Source: an uncultured Planctomycetaceae bacterium
GTDB taxonomy: Bacteria > Planctomycetota > Planctomycetia > Pirellulales > PALSA-1355
DNA length: 64,000 nt
Direction: 5' to 3'
Assembly (NCBI GenBank): GCA_963785305.1
Contig: CAWAUV010000005.1
Location: 448,001-512,000, forward strand
Position 1 is the stretch's first letter. Each line of letters starts with the position of its first letter. Position numbers and translations under genes: made by a program. The notes beneath the pieces were generated by a model. It made no database searches, was not told the DNA's origin, and saw nothing but the letters and a program-made list of their open reading frames with translations. This document shows, piece by piece, positions 62,901-64,000 of this stretch.

Positions 62901-64000
62901 TCAATGGCCGAGCAGCGCGAGGGCCGCGAGCTTCGGGTCGGCCCAGTTGCTCGCGGCGGAACCCGCGCCGCCCGCCGCGGCGGATTCGAGAGCGAAACTC
63001 GCGCAGCGCGGTTTGCTCGACACGGCTCGCGCGCTTCCCGCTTGGCCCGAAAGCGCGCTTGCCAGCCAACCGTTGATTAGCTCCCGGCGATCTTCGTCAC
63101 GGGTGAGCGAAGCGAGCGCCACGATTCGCGCGGGCTCCGGCTCGAGCCCCACGCCTTCGAGCGTGTCGCGGGCGCGCTGACTCGCCGAGCGTTGAGCCGA
63201 GGGCGCTTCGTGTGATTGCAAGCTGCTTTCGAGCGCCGGCCCGGGCGGCGCCGCGACGCTCTCGGGGCGATCCAGCGACGATTCCGCGGCGCCATGTTCC
63301 GCGATCGCCGGGCGCTCCGTGGTCGAGGGCGTCGTGAGCGCGGCTTCAGCGGCGAGCAGGTCGCTAAATAGGCCGATGGCTTTCTGGCGGCGATGCGCCG
63401 GCCGCTCGTTGCCGATATACGCGTCGAGCAGCCGCCGCGCGAGCATGCTCCAATGTCGCTCGGCGGCGCCCGATTGGCCGCCATCGCTCGCCGCGGCGCC
63501 GGCGCTCTCGGATTCGAAGATGCCGCGGGTCGTGGCCGGCTTGCACACGATGTCGACCGAGCGCACTTGATGGATCGTTTCGTAGACCGCTTGCCCCTCG
63601 TGTTCGACTTCGGTCACTTGCGCGTTGTGGCTGAGACCGAAGCTCTCGGGAAAGCGTTCGGCGGCTTCACAGACTTGCGTGGCGAGCGGATGCGATTTCA
63701 GATACGAAAGATCGCCGTAGAGTCCATCGCCGGCTTGCCGCACCTCGCGCAACACGCCGAACCAATCGCCAAACGACCGTTCGGCGTCGGGCCGCGAGCG
63801 CTCGGGATGGTCGATATTGACGCGGGCGCCTTCGTACAGCGGCATGGCGGAGGCCAGGGTCTCGGCCGGGTAGTTTCCGCCGTTTCGCGAGCGGGCGCCG
63901 ATGATCTTCACATCATGAATCACGCCACGCTCGCGGTCGATCTCGTGGCTGGCGCCGCCGAGCGTGAATTCCAAGATATCGCGCCGCGCGACGCTCGGCG
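62901..64000 (-). CDS. Prohead protease/scaffold fusion (frame open to the window edge)
   Basis: SRNGGNYP, IDHP, FGLSHNA, SVDIVCKPAT resemble T4 gp21-like prohead proteases; low-complexity scaffold-like C-terminus. Confidence 0.75.
   Translation of the reverse strand, partial: PSVARRDILEFTLGGASHEIDRERGVIHDVKIIGARSRNGGNYPAETLASAMPLYEGARVNIDHPERSRPDAERSFGDWFGVLREVRQAGDGLYGDLSYLKSHPLATQVCEAAERFPESFGLSHNAQVTEVEHEGQAVYETIHQVRSVDIVCKPATTRGIFESESAGAAASDGGQSGAAERHWSMLARRLLDAYIGNERPAHRRQKAIGLFSDLLAAEAALTTPSTTERPAIAEHGAAESSLDRPESVAAPPGPALESSLQSHEAPSAQRSASQRARDTLEGVGLEPEPARIVALASLTRDEDRRELINGWLASALSGQAGSARAVSSKPRCASFALESAAAGGAGSAASNWADPKLAALALLGH

Overview
High-GC bacterial chromosome segment, most likely Planctomycetota (inferred from DUF1549/DUF1553 and cytochrome-c/WD40 proteins, Tat oxidoreductase plus HEAT genes, and the REP families). 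Housekeeping and accessory genes: carB end, nucleoside hydrolase, ppk2, P-type H+-ATPase, orphan mraZ, GT4, cinA, UDG, TlpA, APC permease, osmC, leuCD, xylA, yihY, nuoH-J-K-L-M-N, GH57 and a SAM methyltransferase. About 30 single-base frameshifts, including in leuC and nuo genes, point to uncorrected long-read indels. Accessory highlights: (1) a phage-like head/neck/tail-tube cassette (55453 to window end) that stops after the tail tube and carries host repeats directly after its stop codons, a candidate domesticated or GTA-like element; (2) a polymorphic-toxin array (33355-40110) with a Ser/Thr/Asp-rich stalk, HINT, AHH nuclease and Imm11 plus orphan stalk and RHS fragments, riddled with ISAzo13, IS3, IS481-like debris and a nested MITE; (3) a 149-bp/27-bp palindromic element family (7 copies) that often abuts TAG/TAA stops; (4) an uncalled 30-aa, 16-Lys ORF; (5) a multi-hairpin RNA candidate downstream of mraZ. 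All family assignments come from motif recognition, not database searches.
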